Below the pieces are notes generated by a model that searched no databases, was not told the DNA's origin, and saw nothing but the letters and a program-made list of their open reading frames with translations. Shown piece after piece: positions 1-8,890 of a stretch of 32,000 nt of DNA (the stretch's first letter is position 1; every line of letters begins with the position of its first letter). The position numbers were made by a program, and so were the translations under genes. This stretch comes from Nitrobacter hamburgensis X14 (lineage in GTDB: Bacteria; Pseudomonadota; Alphaproteobacteria; Rhizobiales; Xanthobacteraceae): positions 866,166 to 898,165 of the forward strand of contig NC_007964.1 of assembly GCF_000013885.1 (NCBI RefSeq). The letters are read 5' to 3'.

Positions 1-264
1 ATCGATCGTGCAGCCGGCCTTGCCGATCGCGCAACGTTGCATTTGGGGCCGGGAGCAGACAGTCCGGTCATGGAGAAATCTGGCGGTAAGCGGCCATTCT
101 CCAACCGACCTCATCAAAGACGTCAGAACGCCCGAAACTCGGGCGCCGAAGCGGACATCATAGGATCGAGCTTGTAGATCGTTGTGGTACCTTCCCCACT
201 GGGCCGTGCGGAAGATCGCCTCGTTTGTGAATCGAAGGAACGCGATATCAATCCATGGTGCTGA

Positions 265-2154
265 TTACCGCAAGTCATGCGGTGTTTTGCGCTTAGCCTG
301 AATCCTAGCCACCACGATATGGTACTCCACCTCGGATCCGGCCGGTACCTTTCGCTCCACACTGATCTGCTCGGAAAGGTGTGGTTGATGGCCACTTCGA
401 TCGGTGAGGTCGAGCACCAAGAGGAAACCAAAGCGCACGCCGGTCGTCAGGTAGCCCGTTGCCTGACCAGCATACCGCTTCGCCAGAGCGGCATTGTCGG
501 GCACGTTGTCGTCCTTCTTCACCTCGACGGTCGACTTTACGCCACGGTACTCGATTGCAATGTCAGCGCGGCCGCCACCGGAATCTCTGACTTCGGCTCG
601 GAACGATGGCGCGTCCGACGCCGTGAGGAACCTTAGAAAATCCAGTTGAAGGTCGTGCTCGACCGGCAGATCGGCGCCGCGTCGGAACACGTATTCGCTC
701 GACGGATCGGTGCTCTTGCCGATGTTGGCGCGAAAATCCAGAAACCGCAGGATGAGCGTGCACATGAGTTCTAGCAACGCTCGGGGGTGCTCTCGCTTGT
801 AGTCGGGACTGTCCGAGAGCTTCTCCATGACAGCGGTCCACAGGGCGGCCACCTGCTGATTGCGATCGATACCCACGTCGAGCTGCGCTGCTGTCATTGC
901 GGCAGTAGCTTCGTCGAGGCCGGCGTGTGTGAGGAAATCGACCAGCCGACCTCCGGTCGATTCGTCGAAAGGGCTGCGATGGAGGGCCCCGGCCAGTGAT
1001 TGCTGTACCGTATCGCGCAACTGTCCGACGTTTAGCGCCAGGTCGCTGTCAGCTTTCTCGGCGAGCCACTGATCCAAGGTCTGCAGGTAGTATCGCCGTT
1101 TCCGCAGCGAATGGACGAGTGCCTCCCGTCCAAGAATATCGGCGCCATTGCCATCGGATCGGGAGAACACCTTTTCGCTGGCGAAGAAGATCGAGAGCAG
1201 TTCGTCCTCGATCACGATGGCCGCTTGCAACCAGATGTCCTTCGTAAACGTGTGAGCGATCATGGCCAGTTTGGTGGCCATCGACAGCCAGTGGAAACGC
1301 TCGCGGGATGACGTCCCGAGCCATGATTCCGCAGAGTGACGATCCGTAGCATAGGCCGAGTACTCTATGGCGGCGCGCCGAAGTTTCGGCAAATCGAGTG
1401 AAAGTTCGGAATGCAGCCCCCTGGCCTGCACATCGATCAGGACCGACGTGCAGATCTCATAAAGCGCGGCATCCGAACGCTCTTCGCTCATGGCGAGCGA
1501 ACGGCGAAACCAATCCTGCGCGGCCGCCAACGCCGACGTTAGTGCATCGTAGGTTCTGGCCAGCAATCCTTCCTGTAGCCGATCGAGCCCCAGTTCGAGT
1601 GCGGCCTCGTCCGATGCCGCGTCGACTTCGACCAGCCGAGAGAGAAGGTCCCGGAAATCGTCGTCGGGGTATCGGCGCAGGATGGCGCCAGCAACCTTCG
1701 CGACGTGACGCAGATAGGCGCTGTCGTCGTCCGCCGTGACGTCCAGGAGGTACGACTGCAGGCGCCTTACCAAGCTGGGATCGCCCTGCGCCACGGCCAG
1801 TGCGCCACGTAACGCCTGCGATCGCATCCACCTATGCTCAGACCGGGACTCGAAACGGCTGCGGAAGATCTCCCACGCACCGCGGCCGAGAGCCTGCGGT
1901 ATCGCGGGCAGTTCGTCGAGGCAGTCGACCATTTCGGCAACGGAGGTGGCGTCGTTCTCTCGCTCGAGTATCCGCAGCAACGCGCGCTGAACGGCGGCCG
2001 CGGTCACCCAACCGGTCAGCCAGCAGAACGCGTCGGCGCGTGCGGTTTCGGAAGGCAGGGCCTCGATCGCGGCCAGCAGTTCCTTCTCTTGAGCCGTCCC
2101 CGGATCTGGGATGGGCGTGCCGTCCGTCGTCAGGAGCTCGAATCTGTCTTCCAT
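265..2154 (-). CDS. Large, mostly alpha-helical protein with a C-terminal PD-(D/E)xK (restriction-endonuclease-fold) nuclease-like module. Third gene of the ABC-ATPase operon.
   Basis: 629-aa ORF. The ATG at 2152-2154 lies 11 nt after the ATPase stop (2166) and is preceded by GGTGGGA. I recognise no motif in the N-terminal ~500 aa. The C-terminal ~110 aa shows an E...D...ExK pattern (VEHDLQLDF ... GGGRADIAIEY ... STVEVKKDD). Confidence 0.7.
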   Translation of the reverse strand: MEDRFELLTTDGTPIPDPGTAQEKELLAAIEALPSETARADAFCWLTGWVTAAAVQRALLRILERENDATSVAEMVDCLDELPAIPQALGRGAWEIFRSRFESRSEHRWMRSQALRGALAVAQGDPSLVRRLQSYLLDVTADDDSAYLRHVAKVAGAILRRYPDDDFRDLLSRLVEVDAASDEAALELGLDRLQEGLLARTYDALTSALAAAQDWFRRSLAMSEERSDAALYEICTSVLIDVQARGLHSELSLDLPKLRRAAIEYSAYATDRHSAESWLGTSSRERFHWLSMATKLAMIAHTFTKDIWLQAAIVIEDELLSIFFASEKVFSRSDGNGADILGREALVHSLRKRRYYLQTLDQWLAEKADSDLALNVGQLRDTVQQSLAGALHRSPFDESTGGRLVDFLTHAGLDEATAAMTAAQLDVGIDRNQQVAALWTAVMEKLSDSPDYKREHPRALLELMCTLILRFLDFRANIGKSTDPSSEYVFRRGADLPVEHDLQLDFLRFLTASDAPSFRAEVRDSGGGRADIAIEYRGVKSTVEVKKDDNVPDNAALAKRYAGQATGYLTTGVRFGFLLVLDLTDRSGHQPHLSEQISVERKVPAGSEVEYHIVVARIQAKRKTPHDLR

Positions 2155-2165
2155 CGTCCCACCGG

Positions 2166-4157
2166 TCAGAAAAGGTATTCATCCCCCTTGGCGTGCAGTC
2201 GATGATCGCTAGATACAACCGCCTCCACGGCCTTGCGAGCGATGGTGCCGATAATGACCTGAACGCCTCCGATGTCCTTTGCAGCAGATGAAACGCTATC
2301 GAGCATCTGCTCAAAGTCCTCGTTCACGACCTCTTCCGATGCCGGCGAGTCGATGATCAGCAAGCCAGGATGCCGGCCATGCCCGCGACGCTTGGCCACC
2401 TCCACCGCCGCCAACGAGATGGCGATCTTGATACGCAATTTCTCGCCCATCGTCAGGTTGCTGAAATAGATATCGGCGCCGCCTTGGTGGACCTTCAGCT
2501 TCCCGCCGCCGTCGAGGTGCATGCTGGTGACGTGGGATACACCGAACTTCTTGGCGAGAGACATCACTGAATCGGCGATCTCCGTCAGGACGTCCGACTG
2601 CATAGAGGTCATTAGCGTCTTACTGACTTCGGTAGCGGCGCGGAGGATCTTGAGTTCGCCCTGCGTCTCGGTTTCGTCGTTGGCAGGCGATTGCAGTGAA
2701 GCCACCAGTTCCCGAAGCTGCTGGGTCTGGGCCTCCAGCTGCACCACGACGAGTTCGGGATCCGTCGGCAACGTGGAGATGGCGTCCTGAAGGTTTCGTA
2801 CTCTGCTCATTCCGACGCGGAGCCGTTCGGTCGCGTCCCTTGCTGTCTTCTCGCTGGCTTTGAGCTTGGCCTTGGCGATCTGGAGCGAAGTGGCCAGTTC
2901 CTCCACCAAGGTCTGGGCGTCCTGGATGCGATCGCTGTCCAGATCCTCTTCGTGGACCGGGAGGTCGTTCTTGCACAAGGCGCAGGTATTGCCATCCGAG
3001 TGCTGAACCGCCGTCGCGGCCTTCTCGAACGCCGCCTCGCAGGCGGGGCAGCAAGTCGGGCTGAGCTGACGGAACGAGTATCCTGCCGACCGCTCGTCCT
3101 CAAGCTGCTTGAGCCTTCGACGCGCGTCGTCGTAGCTGGCTGTGACGGACGCGACGGTCGCCGTGTCCGCCTCGAAGGTGACCCGAGCGGTCTCGGCCGC
3201 CTTCCTATCGCTCGCGATCTCCTCGTCGAGCCGCGCCAGTTCTAGCCTTTTTGCGGCGCGGTCATCGGTGCCGCGAGCCTTCGTCGCCTCCGCGAGCTGG
3301 CCCTCAACCTCGATAAGCTTGGCATTGAGCACCGCGCTCACGCCGGACTGATCTGGCCGACCTGACAATCCCTGTTCGATTTGCTTCTGCGCGGTCAACG
3401 CAGCGCTATAAGTAGAGACCCACGGCAATCCGATGAACAGTTGGAGCAGGCGAAGCGGGAGCCCGTCGATGGGTAGGTCACCGAACAGTGCCTTCGGCTC
3501 GATGGAGCTCGACAGGAAGAATGTCGAAGCTATCAGGGGCCAGCCATGGGGATGACCGCCCGTATTCTTGTTGTGGGCGTAGATCACCGGGAAATCGAGC
3601 TCCTCCATCATCAGGTGCTCGGTCTGCGACTTCAGCCCGTCCCCAGCGTCGCCTTCGTAGAGCGTGATCCACTGACCGTCGCTATCGCTCCGGCTCAACG
3701 TGGCTCTGCCCTCCGCCGTCTTCTCCTCGCCGGCGGCCTTGCGCAATTCCAAGCGATGCAGGACGTTGTCGATGCGATACTGGATTTCGATGGCCTCCAG
3801 CCACTTCCAGACGTCGGGCTTCACCCGGCCGGGAAAGTCGCCGCGGATTGCGGCTTGGAGAAGGTTCAGGACGGACGACTTTCCTCGCAGATTGCGCTCA
3901 GACATCACGGCCCAGATGCCAGTTCCCAGGCCCGACCAAGATAGATCGAACAGTCCGTCGCGCTCGGACTCGGCACGAACACCCGTCAACTTGATGCTGT
4001 CGAAGCGAAGGCTCTTGGCACGCGGCGGCGTTGTCTGAGCGCGAATACCATACTTGAGCAGCACGCTTCGAACATTCGACTCTGGACTGGTGCTGTCCTC
4101 AGCGATGGCCTTGATCCAGCCGTACTCGGTTGGCTCGATGGTCCGTTCCTTGCTCAT
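2166..4157 (-). CDS. SMC/Rad50-like ABC ATPase with a long coiled-coil insert and a double-CxxC (zinc-hook-like) apex
   Basis: The ORF-track frame is 2166..4361. I place the start at ATG 4155-4157 (MSKERTIEP) because it overlaps the upstream stop as ATGA (4154-4157). Motifs: Walker-A-like NLRGKSSVLN, signature-like LTMGEKLRI, and Walker B/D-loop GLLIIDSPASEE. Between the head halves is a ~300-aa Ala/Glu/Arg/Leu/Gln-rich insert with CPAC...CALC at its centre. Confidence 0.75.
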   Translation of the reverse strand: MSKERTIEPTEYGWIKAIAEDSTSPESNVRSVLLKYGIRAQTTPPRAKSLRFDSIKLTGVRAESERDGLFDLSWSGLGTGIWAVMSERNLRGKSSVLNLLQAAIRGDFPGRVKPDVWKWLEAIEIQYRIDNVLHRLELRKAAGEEKTAEGRATLSRSDSDGQWITLYEGDAGDGLKSQTEHLMMEELDFPVIYAHNKNTGGHPHGWPLIASTFFLSSSIEPKALFGDLPIDGLPLRLLQLFIGLPWVSTYSAALTAQKQIEQGLSGRPDQSGVSAVLNAKLIEVEGQLAEATKARGTDDRAAKRLELARLDEEIASDRKAAETARVTFEADTATVASVTASYDDARRRLKQLEDERSAGYSFRQLSPTCCPACEAAFEKAATAVQHSDGNTCALCKNDLPVHEEDLDSDRIQDAQTLVEELATSLQIAKAKLKASEKTARDATERLRVGMSRVRNLQDAISTLPTDPELVVVQLEAQTQQLRELVASLQSPANDETETQGELKILRAATEVSKTLMTSMQSDVLTEIADSVMSLAKKFGVSHVTSMHLDGGGKLKVHQGGADIYFSNLTMGEKLRIKIAISLAAVEVAKRRGHGRHPGLLIIDSPASEEVVNEDFEQMLDSVSSAAKDIGGVQVIIGTIARKAVEAVVSSDHRLHAKGDEYLF

Positions 4158-4852
4158 GGTTCCAACCCGACGATCTTGGCTAGACGTTGTTCGACCTGCT
4201 CCCGGACGGTTGGTATCACGTCGCCAGGGATGGTGTTTCCATACTCGGGGTGCTCGTATTGCCATTCCTTCAGGGCAGAACCGCTCTTGCCGCTGGCGAC
4301 CCGCATGACCAACGCCAATCGGTCGCGATACCACGCCAACTCCGGGTGATCCTGAACGCACTTTTCGAGGAACGAGATCGCCTTTGGCGATATTAGATAT
4401 TCGTACCGACGAATCTTGCCGTCATCACCAGCGAGCTTCATGGGTCTGGCTAGGCCATAGTAGCTCAGCATGGCGAGCGCATCCTCGACATTCTGGTAGG
4501 CACCGTGTCGCCAGCGGACCATCCGCACCAGTCTGACGGAAGGCTCGTCATCGAGGAAGATGCGCTGAACCGCCTCCAGCAGCTCGGGATCGCCGGTCTC
4601 CTCATAGAGATCCAGCAGGGCGTCGCCCAAGTAGTCAGGATAACGGACGAGGAAGTCCATGGCCATCAAGCGCTTTTCGGCTCTGAAGACCTTCACGACG
4701 TCCTCGGTGGGCTTGTCGGCGTCTTCGCCACCCGCAACCAATATGAAGAGCAACCGAAGCGCGTCGCGGTGTCGAGAAGTCGGTTCGCGCGCTGCTAGAG
4801 AAGGCGGCGTGTGTTCGCCCTCTGCTCCCTCTCCTTCAACCAAAATATCCAT
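4154..4852 (-). CDS. Small acidic, winged-helix-like partner protein, first gene of the ABC-ATPase operon. The start is uncertain; the ORF-track maximum is 5056.
   Basis: The frame is 4154..5056. I prefer ATG 4850-4852 (MDILVEGEG), because 5055-5225 on the + strand holds a helicase remnant and the 4853-5056 extension is AT-rich and featureless. The stop overlaps the ATPase start. The segment RLMAMDFLVRYPDYL ... YGLARPMKL ... RRYEYLISPKAISFLE looks like a wHTH by eye (inference). Confidence 0.55.
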   Translation of the reverse strand: MDILVEGEGAEGEHTPPSLAAREPTSRHRDALRLLFILVAGGEDADKPTEDVVKVFRAEKRLMAMDFLVRYPDYLGDALLDLYEETGDPELLEAVQRIFLDDEPSVRLVRMVRWRHGAYQNVEDALAMLSYYGLARPMKLAGDDGKIRRYEYLISPKAISFLEKCVQDHPELAWYRDRLALVMRVASGKSGSALKEWQYEHPEYGNTIPGDVIPTVREQVEQRLAKIVGLEP

Positions 4853-5054
4853 ATCAGCAATTGCCCCAATAGCTGCCGGGCCGATGATATTCCAAATGTT
4901 CAGCTTTCGCCAATCTTGGCAGCCTCCACTCTCGATAGAGGAAAGCAGTTTTTTCCTGAGAATCCGGGACGATTTCTTCGGGCGAGCTCGATATAGTGCG
5001 GGCAGCAACTCGGTTAGATGCAATATTATCCACGCCGACCGCGAAGCACTGTGC

Positions 5055-5225
5055 ATGACGGACGAGATACCGCGTCACAACGCATCGGAGAGCGAGGTAC
5101 GCGAAACTCGCCGTCTGTTTTATGTTGGCTTCACCCGTGCACGGTACGAGATCCATCTTATGTTCGGGGAATTCAATCCGTCCCAGTTTGTAACCGAGAT
5201 CGAGGAGCGCCGGTCCGCCTCGTGA
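5055..5225 (+). pseudogene. C-terminal remnant of a UvrD/Rep-type (SF1) helicase
   Basis: The tail of ORF 4659..5225 reads ETRRLFYVGFTRARYEIHLMFGEFNPSQFVTEIEE. This matches helicase motif VI (RRLxYVxxTRA) plus the usual C-terminal tail. Nothing upstream in this frame looks helicase-like. Confidence 0.5.
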
Positions 5226-5477
5226 AAGGCTTCGCCGAAGTCGGCGATTAGCGACTATCAAAATGGGCGATACGCGCAATGTCTGTTCACCGATTCCCGC
5301 CGCCGAAAGCCGACCTTCACTTAACGGCCTTGAAGTCAGTAATCGGACGATTGTCAGCTATCCCAAGTTCCTGCCCCAAAGCCGCCAGTCCGCTTTCCAC
5401 CCATGTCGGAGCTGAAGAGCAACGGCGCTAGGCGCTGGGAGCGGCCATCCAGCATCGCCGATTGACACGCACCCGAT

Positions 5478-5766
5478 TCAGATTTCAGTTCGCTCGGCCA
5501 AGAGCAGCGCATCCTCGACGTCTACACCGAGGTAGCGCACGGTGTTCTCGATCTTGGTATGGCCGAGTAGGATCTGTACAGCGCGCAGATTGCCAGTCGC
5601 CTTGTAGATCATTGATGCTTTCGTTCGTCGCAGCGAGTGAGTGCCATACTCTGCTCGTCGCAGACCAATCGCAGTTACCCATTCATCGACAAGGCGGGCG
5701 TGTTGCCTCGTGCTCATGTGGTGCGCCTGGTTAATCCGGCTCGGGAATGCATGGTCGTCGACTGTA
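5478..5766 (-). pseudogene. Tyrosine recombinase/integrase, C-terminal half, separated from its N-terminal half by an IS21 insertion
   Basis: Contains HSLRRT (HxxR), LLGH and VRY catalytic-type motifs. It joins in frame to 8246..8581 once the IS and one copy of the 7-bp duplication are removed (checked codon by codon). Confidence 0.85.
5760..5766. repeat. IS21 target-site duplication, left copy (GACTGTA)
   Basis: An identical 7-mer lies directly outside both IS21 termini (5760-5766 and 8246-8252). Confidence 0.8.
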
Positions 5767-5768
5767 TG

Positions 5769-6632
5769 TCAATCGGCGCCGAAGTTTGACCCCGTATCGG
5801 CGTCCAAATTTGACCCCTTTGATCGACGGGGTTTAGCGGTAGCGCTCGGTCCGTCGGAGCTGGCCGGGATTGCGGAGACGGAGCGAGCGCGGGTTGTTTG
5901 ATCATCGTCGCGGCTTTTGAAGCGCCAGCTGTCGTTGCCGGTTTCGACGATGTCGCAGTGGTGGGTCAGACGATCGAGCAGCGCGGTGGTCATCTTGGCG
6001 TCGCCGAACACGCTGGGCCATTCGCCGAAGGCGAGATTGGTGGTGACGACGATGGAGGTGCGCTCGTAGAGCCGGCTGACGAGATGGAACAGAAGTTGTC
6101 CGCCGGATTGGGCAAATGGCAGGTAGCCGAGTTCGTCGAGGACGATGAAGTCCATTCGGGTCAGATGCTCGGCGATACGACCCTGGCGTCCGTTGCGGGT
6201 CTCGATCTCGAGACGATTGACGAGGTCGACGACGTTGTAGAAGCGCCCGCGGGCACCGGATCGAATGCAGCTTCGGGCGATGGCGATGGCCAGATGGGTC
6301 TTGCCGGTGCCGGTACCGCCGACCAGAACGGCATTGCGTTGCTGGGCGATGAAGCCACCGCCGGCGAGATCATTGACCAGCGTCTGGTTGATAGGGGTGC
6401 CCTCGAACTGGAAGCCATCGAGATCCTTGGCGAGCGGCAGCTTGGCGATAGTGAGCTGGTATTTGATCGAACGCGCCTGCTTCTCGTTGATCTCGGCATT
6501 GAGCAGGTCGCCGACAATGCGTTGCGGTTCGTGCTGGCGCTTGACGGCGGTCGCCATGATCTCGTCGAAGGCGGCCTTCATGGCATAGAGCTTGAGTTCG
6601 CTCATGAGGTCGAAGAGTTGAGTGCGTTCCAT
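5769..6632 (-). CDS. istB: IS21-family helper ATPase IstB
   Basis: Shows the P-loop [14 protein letters not shown], Walker [10 protein letters not shown], and the typical IstB N-terminus ([12 protein letters not shown]). The start overlaps the istA stop by 1 nt (TGATG, 6630-6634). The C-terminus runs into the terminal repeat. Confidence 0.9.
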   Translation of the reverse strand: MERTQLFDLMSELKLYAMKAAFDEIMATAVKRQHEPQRIVGDLLNAEINEKQARSIKYQLTIAKLPLAKDLDGFQFEGTPINQTLVNDLAGGGFIAQQRNAVLVGGTGTGKTHLAIAIARSCIRSGARGRFYNVVDLVNRLEIETRNGRQGRIAEHLTRMDFIVLDELGYLPFAQSGGQLLFHLVSRLYERTSIVVTTNLAFGEWPSVFGDAKMTTALLDRLTHHCDIVETGNDSWRFKSRDDDQTTRARSVSAIPASSDGPSATAKPRRSKGSNLDADTGSNFGAD

Positions 6633-8131
6633 CAGACCGGTCTCCTGAGGTTGTCGTAACGGGCACAGTCAGCGATCGGCGCATGGCGCAAGGTCAGCGC
6701 CGCCGGGGTGAGGATGTTGGCTGGTGGCGCCGGCTCACGCTGGCGGGCGAGGATGTTGAGAACGACATCGGCGGAATGGACACTGTGGGCGATCGCCTCG
6801 GCACAGGCGGCCTCGACTGCCGGCAGTCCGTCGGTCAGCACCGCGTTGAGGATGTCGACCATCTGCCGATTGCCATCGTCGGCACCGGCGAGCTTGCGCC
6901 GCACACGCTCGATCGCGGCCGGCAGCACCCAGTCCTTGAACGGGGCGCCGTTGCGCAACGCGCCGGGTTTGCGAGCCAGCACCGGCACATAATGCCAGGG
7001 ATCGTAGGTCGTCTCGCCGCGGCCGAATGAACGCGGATGCTCGGCGACGATGCGTCCGTCCTGGCGGATCACGATGCGGTCGGCATAAGCTTGCACTTCG
7101 ACGGGCCGCCCGACGGCGTTGGCCGTAACCGAGTATTTGTTGTTGTCGAAGCGCACCAGGCAGGTCTTCGAGACGGATGCCGGCACGGCATGGAATCCAT
7201 CGAACCGGCCGGCATAGGGAACGAGCTTCGGCCGCTCGGCTTCGAACACTTCCCAGACCGTCTGTTCGGTCAGTTCCGGATGACGGTGCGCCTTGGCGTA
7301 GGCGATGCACTTATCCAGCAGCCAGGCGTTCAACTCGTCGAGGGTTTTGAACCGCAGCCGCGGCGTGAAGAAGCGCTCCCGGACCAGCCCAACCTGGTTC
7401 TCAACCTGGCCCTTCTCCCAGCCTGAGGCCGGCGTGCAGGCGACCGGATCGACCAGGTAATGGCTGCACATCTGCATGAAGCGGCGATTGTAGAGACGCC
7501 CTTTGCCGACGAAGATCGTCTCCACCGCGGTCTTCATATTGTCGTAGATGCCGCGGCCGCAGGTGCCCTTGAACAGAGCGAAGGCCCGGTCGTGGGCGTC
7601 GAACACCATCTCCTGCGTCTCGCGTGGATAGGCGCGAGCGAACAGCATCCGGCTGTGACAGAGCCGGACATGAGCGACCTTCACGATCACCGTCACGCCA
7701 TGCAGCAGGACAACCTCATGGCTCCAGTCGAACTGGTAGGCTTCTCCCGGTGCAAAGCTCAGCGGGACATAGGCCGCCGCCGTCGATTGTCCGCGCTCCT
7801 GGCTCCACCGTCTGGCGTAACGTCGCACCGCATCGTAGCCGCCGTCATAGCCGCGCCCGCGAAGCTCTTCGAAGACCCGGATCAGCGTCAGCTGTTCGCG
7901 AGCGGACTTCGCCGCGTTCGACGCCAGCAATCCGTCGAGATCAGCGGCCCATCGCCCCAGCTTCGGCCGCGGCTGCACCGCACGTTCGTACTCGAATGAG
8001 GTCTCCCCAGACCGCAACACCTTGCGGACCGTGTTCCGCGACACCTTCAGGTCGCGGGCGATCTCCTTGATCGTCTTGCCCTTGATGAAGTGCTCGCGGC
8101 GTATCCGCGCAATCGTCTCCACGATCAGCAT
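6632..8131 (-). CDS. istA: IS21-family transposase IstA
   Basis: Has an N-terminal HTH ([21 protein letters not shown]) and a DDE-type core (YQFDWSH ... [10 protein letters not shown] ... EKGQVEN). I prefer the start at [11 protein letters not shown] (8131). The ORF-track maximum is 8155. Confidence 0.9.
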   Translation of the reverse strand: MLIVETIARIRREHFIKGKTIKEIARDLKVSRNTVRKVLRSGETSFEYERAVQPRPKLGRWAADLDGLLASNAAKSAREQLTLIRVFEELRGRGYDGGYDAVRRYARRWSQERGQSTAAAYVPLSFAPGEAYQFDWSHEVVLLHGVTVIVKVAHVRLCHSRMLFARAYPRETQEMVFDAHDRAFALFKGTCGRGIYDNMKTAVETIFVGKGRLYNRRFMQMCSHYLVDPVACTPASGWEKGQVENQVGLVRERFFTPRLRFKTLDELNAWLLDKCIAYAKAHRHPELTEQTVWEVFEAERPKLVPYAGRFDGFHAVPASVSKTCLVRFDNNKYSVTANAVGRPVEVQAYADRIVIRQDGRIVAEHPRSFGRGETTYDPWHYVPVLARKPGALRNGAPFKDWVLPAAIERVRRKLAGADDGNRQMVDILNAVLTDGLPAVEAACAEAIAHSVHSADVVLNILARQREPAPPANILTPAALTLRHAPIADCARYDNLRRPV

Positions 8132-8245
8132 CCCCAACCACCTGCTTCGTTCCAAAGCAGGCAGCGCAACAGACCAACCTATCGGGGGTCAATTTTGGAC
8201 GCCGATCCCCCGGCTCAGGGGGGCAATATTGCAGGCCGAATAACA

Positions 8246-8252
8246 GACTGTA
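8246..8252. repeat. IS21 target-site duplication, right copy (GACTGTA)
   Basis: Identical to 5760-5766 and directly abuts the CA terminus at 8245. Confidence 0.8.
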
Positions 8253-8581
8253 CCGCCGCGCCTCTCGAGCCAGGCTAGGAGACTGGCCCGCACGTCGTTG
8301 GTCAGCTCGAACTGTACGGGGCGGCCCGTCTTCTGCTGGACGACAATCGCACGCATGTGTATTTCCGGCCCAGCGACCAGGTCGCCAATCTTGATTTTGA
8401 CCAAGTCACAGCCGCGTAGCTTGCTGTCGATTGCCAGATCGAAAAGAGCGCGGTCACGAACGCGCCCTTCATGATCGAGGAAGAAGCGAATCGCCCAGAT
8501 TTGTTTTTGTGTGAAAGGCCGCTTCGTGCCAACTGTCTTTACCGGCATTCCAAGCGGCTCGGCCCTGAGTGGCAGGATCAT
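8246..8581 (-). pseudogene. Tyrosine recombinase/integrase, N-terminal half, interrupted by IS21
   Basis: Reads MPVKTVGTKRPFTQKQIWAIRFFL ... DSKLRGCDLVKIKIGDL ... VVQQKTGRPVQFELT. The frame runs ...ERRGGTV up to the duplication (8246-8252) and then continues as DDHAFPSRINQAHHMSTRQ... at 5759 downward. The rejoined protein is about 194 aa if it starts at 8548. Confidence 0.85.
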
Positions 8582-8627
8582 ATTGAGAATAACCCATTTC
8601 AGTTCTCCTTGACCGTGATTGGCCTAT

Positions 8628-8664
8628 GGAGAAACGAAAACGCCCGAGCTACAGCTCGGGGGCG
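8628..8664 (-). terminator. Putative Rho-independent terminator on the minus strand
   Basis: The minus strand reads CCCGAGC-TGTA-GCTCGGG (GC-rich 7-bp stem) followed by CGTTTTCGTTTCTCC. It lies ~230 nt downstream of the operon ending at 8891 and just upstream of the integrase start. Confidence 0.5.
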
Positions 8665-8890
8665 GAAGGAGACGGTCAGCTTATCGACAAAAGGCCTGCC
8701 GAAGCGGACAATTCCTAGGCCCGCACACCGGCGAGTTCGGCCCGAAGCCCTCAGCCCTCATCAGATTGGCCATTTGGCGAACTTCCGCGATCGCCCCAGT
8801 TTTTGACATTCGGCGCTACGGGTCGAACTTTCGAAATGCATTCGTTCGGGACGATCTTCTTCACGCTCTGGTGCATGGGCGACGACTGTC

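Larger units (their letters stand above)
5767..8245 (-). mobile_element. IS21-family insertion sequence (istA-istB)
   Basis: The termini are TG...CA. The 27-bp terminal inverted repeats are TGTCAATCGGCGCCGAAGTTTGACCCC (5767-5793) and the reverse complement of 8219-8245, TGTTATTCGGCCTGCAATATTGCCCCC (18/27 by my count). An inner repeat ATCGGCGTCCAAATTTGACCCC (5796-5817) matches the reverse complement of 8185-8206 at 21/22. The element is flanked by a 7-bp direct repeat. Confidence 0.9.

Noticed and set aside
123-636. Track ORFs 123..431 (-) and 277..636 (+), and the leftmost 264 bp
   Set aside because: They overlap the 3' end of the 629-aa gene in other frames and have no recognisable motifs or RBS. 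I cannot support any feature in 1-264.
4659-5054. N-terminal ~130 codons of plus-strand ORF 4659..5225
   Set aside because: Only the last ~55 residues resemble a helicase. The rest is antisense to the wHTH-like gene and Ser/Ala/Arg-rich.
265-5056. Naming the ATPase operon as Lamassu or ABC-3C
   Set aside because: The components are of the right general kinds. However, the gene order and the position of the nuclease module differ from what I remember for those systems, and I cannot run profile searches. I keep it as an unnamed SMC-like ATPase system.
5898-6659. 253-aa plus-strand ORF
   Set aside because: It is antisense to the clearly recognisable istB gene. Its composition (Gly/Asp/Ala/Val-rich) is the typical mirror-frame artefact of high-GC coding DNA.
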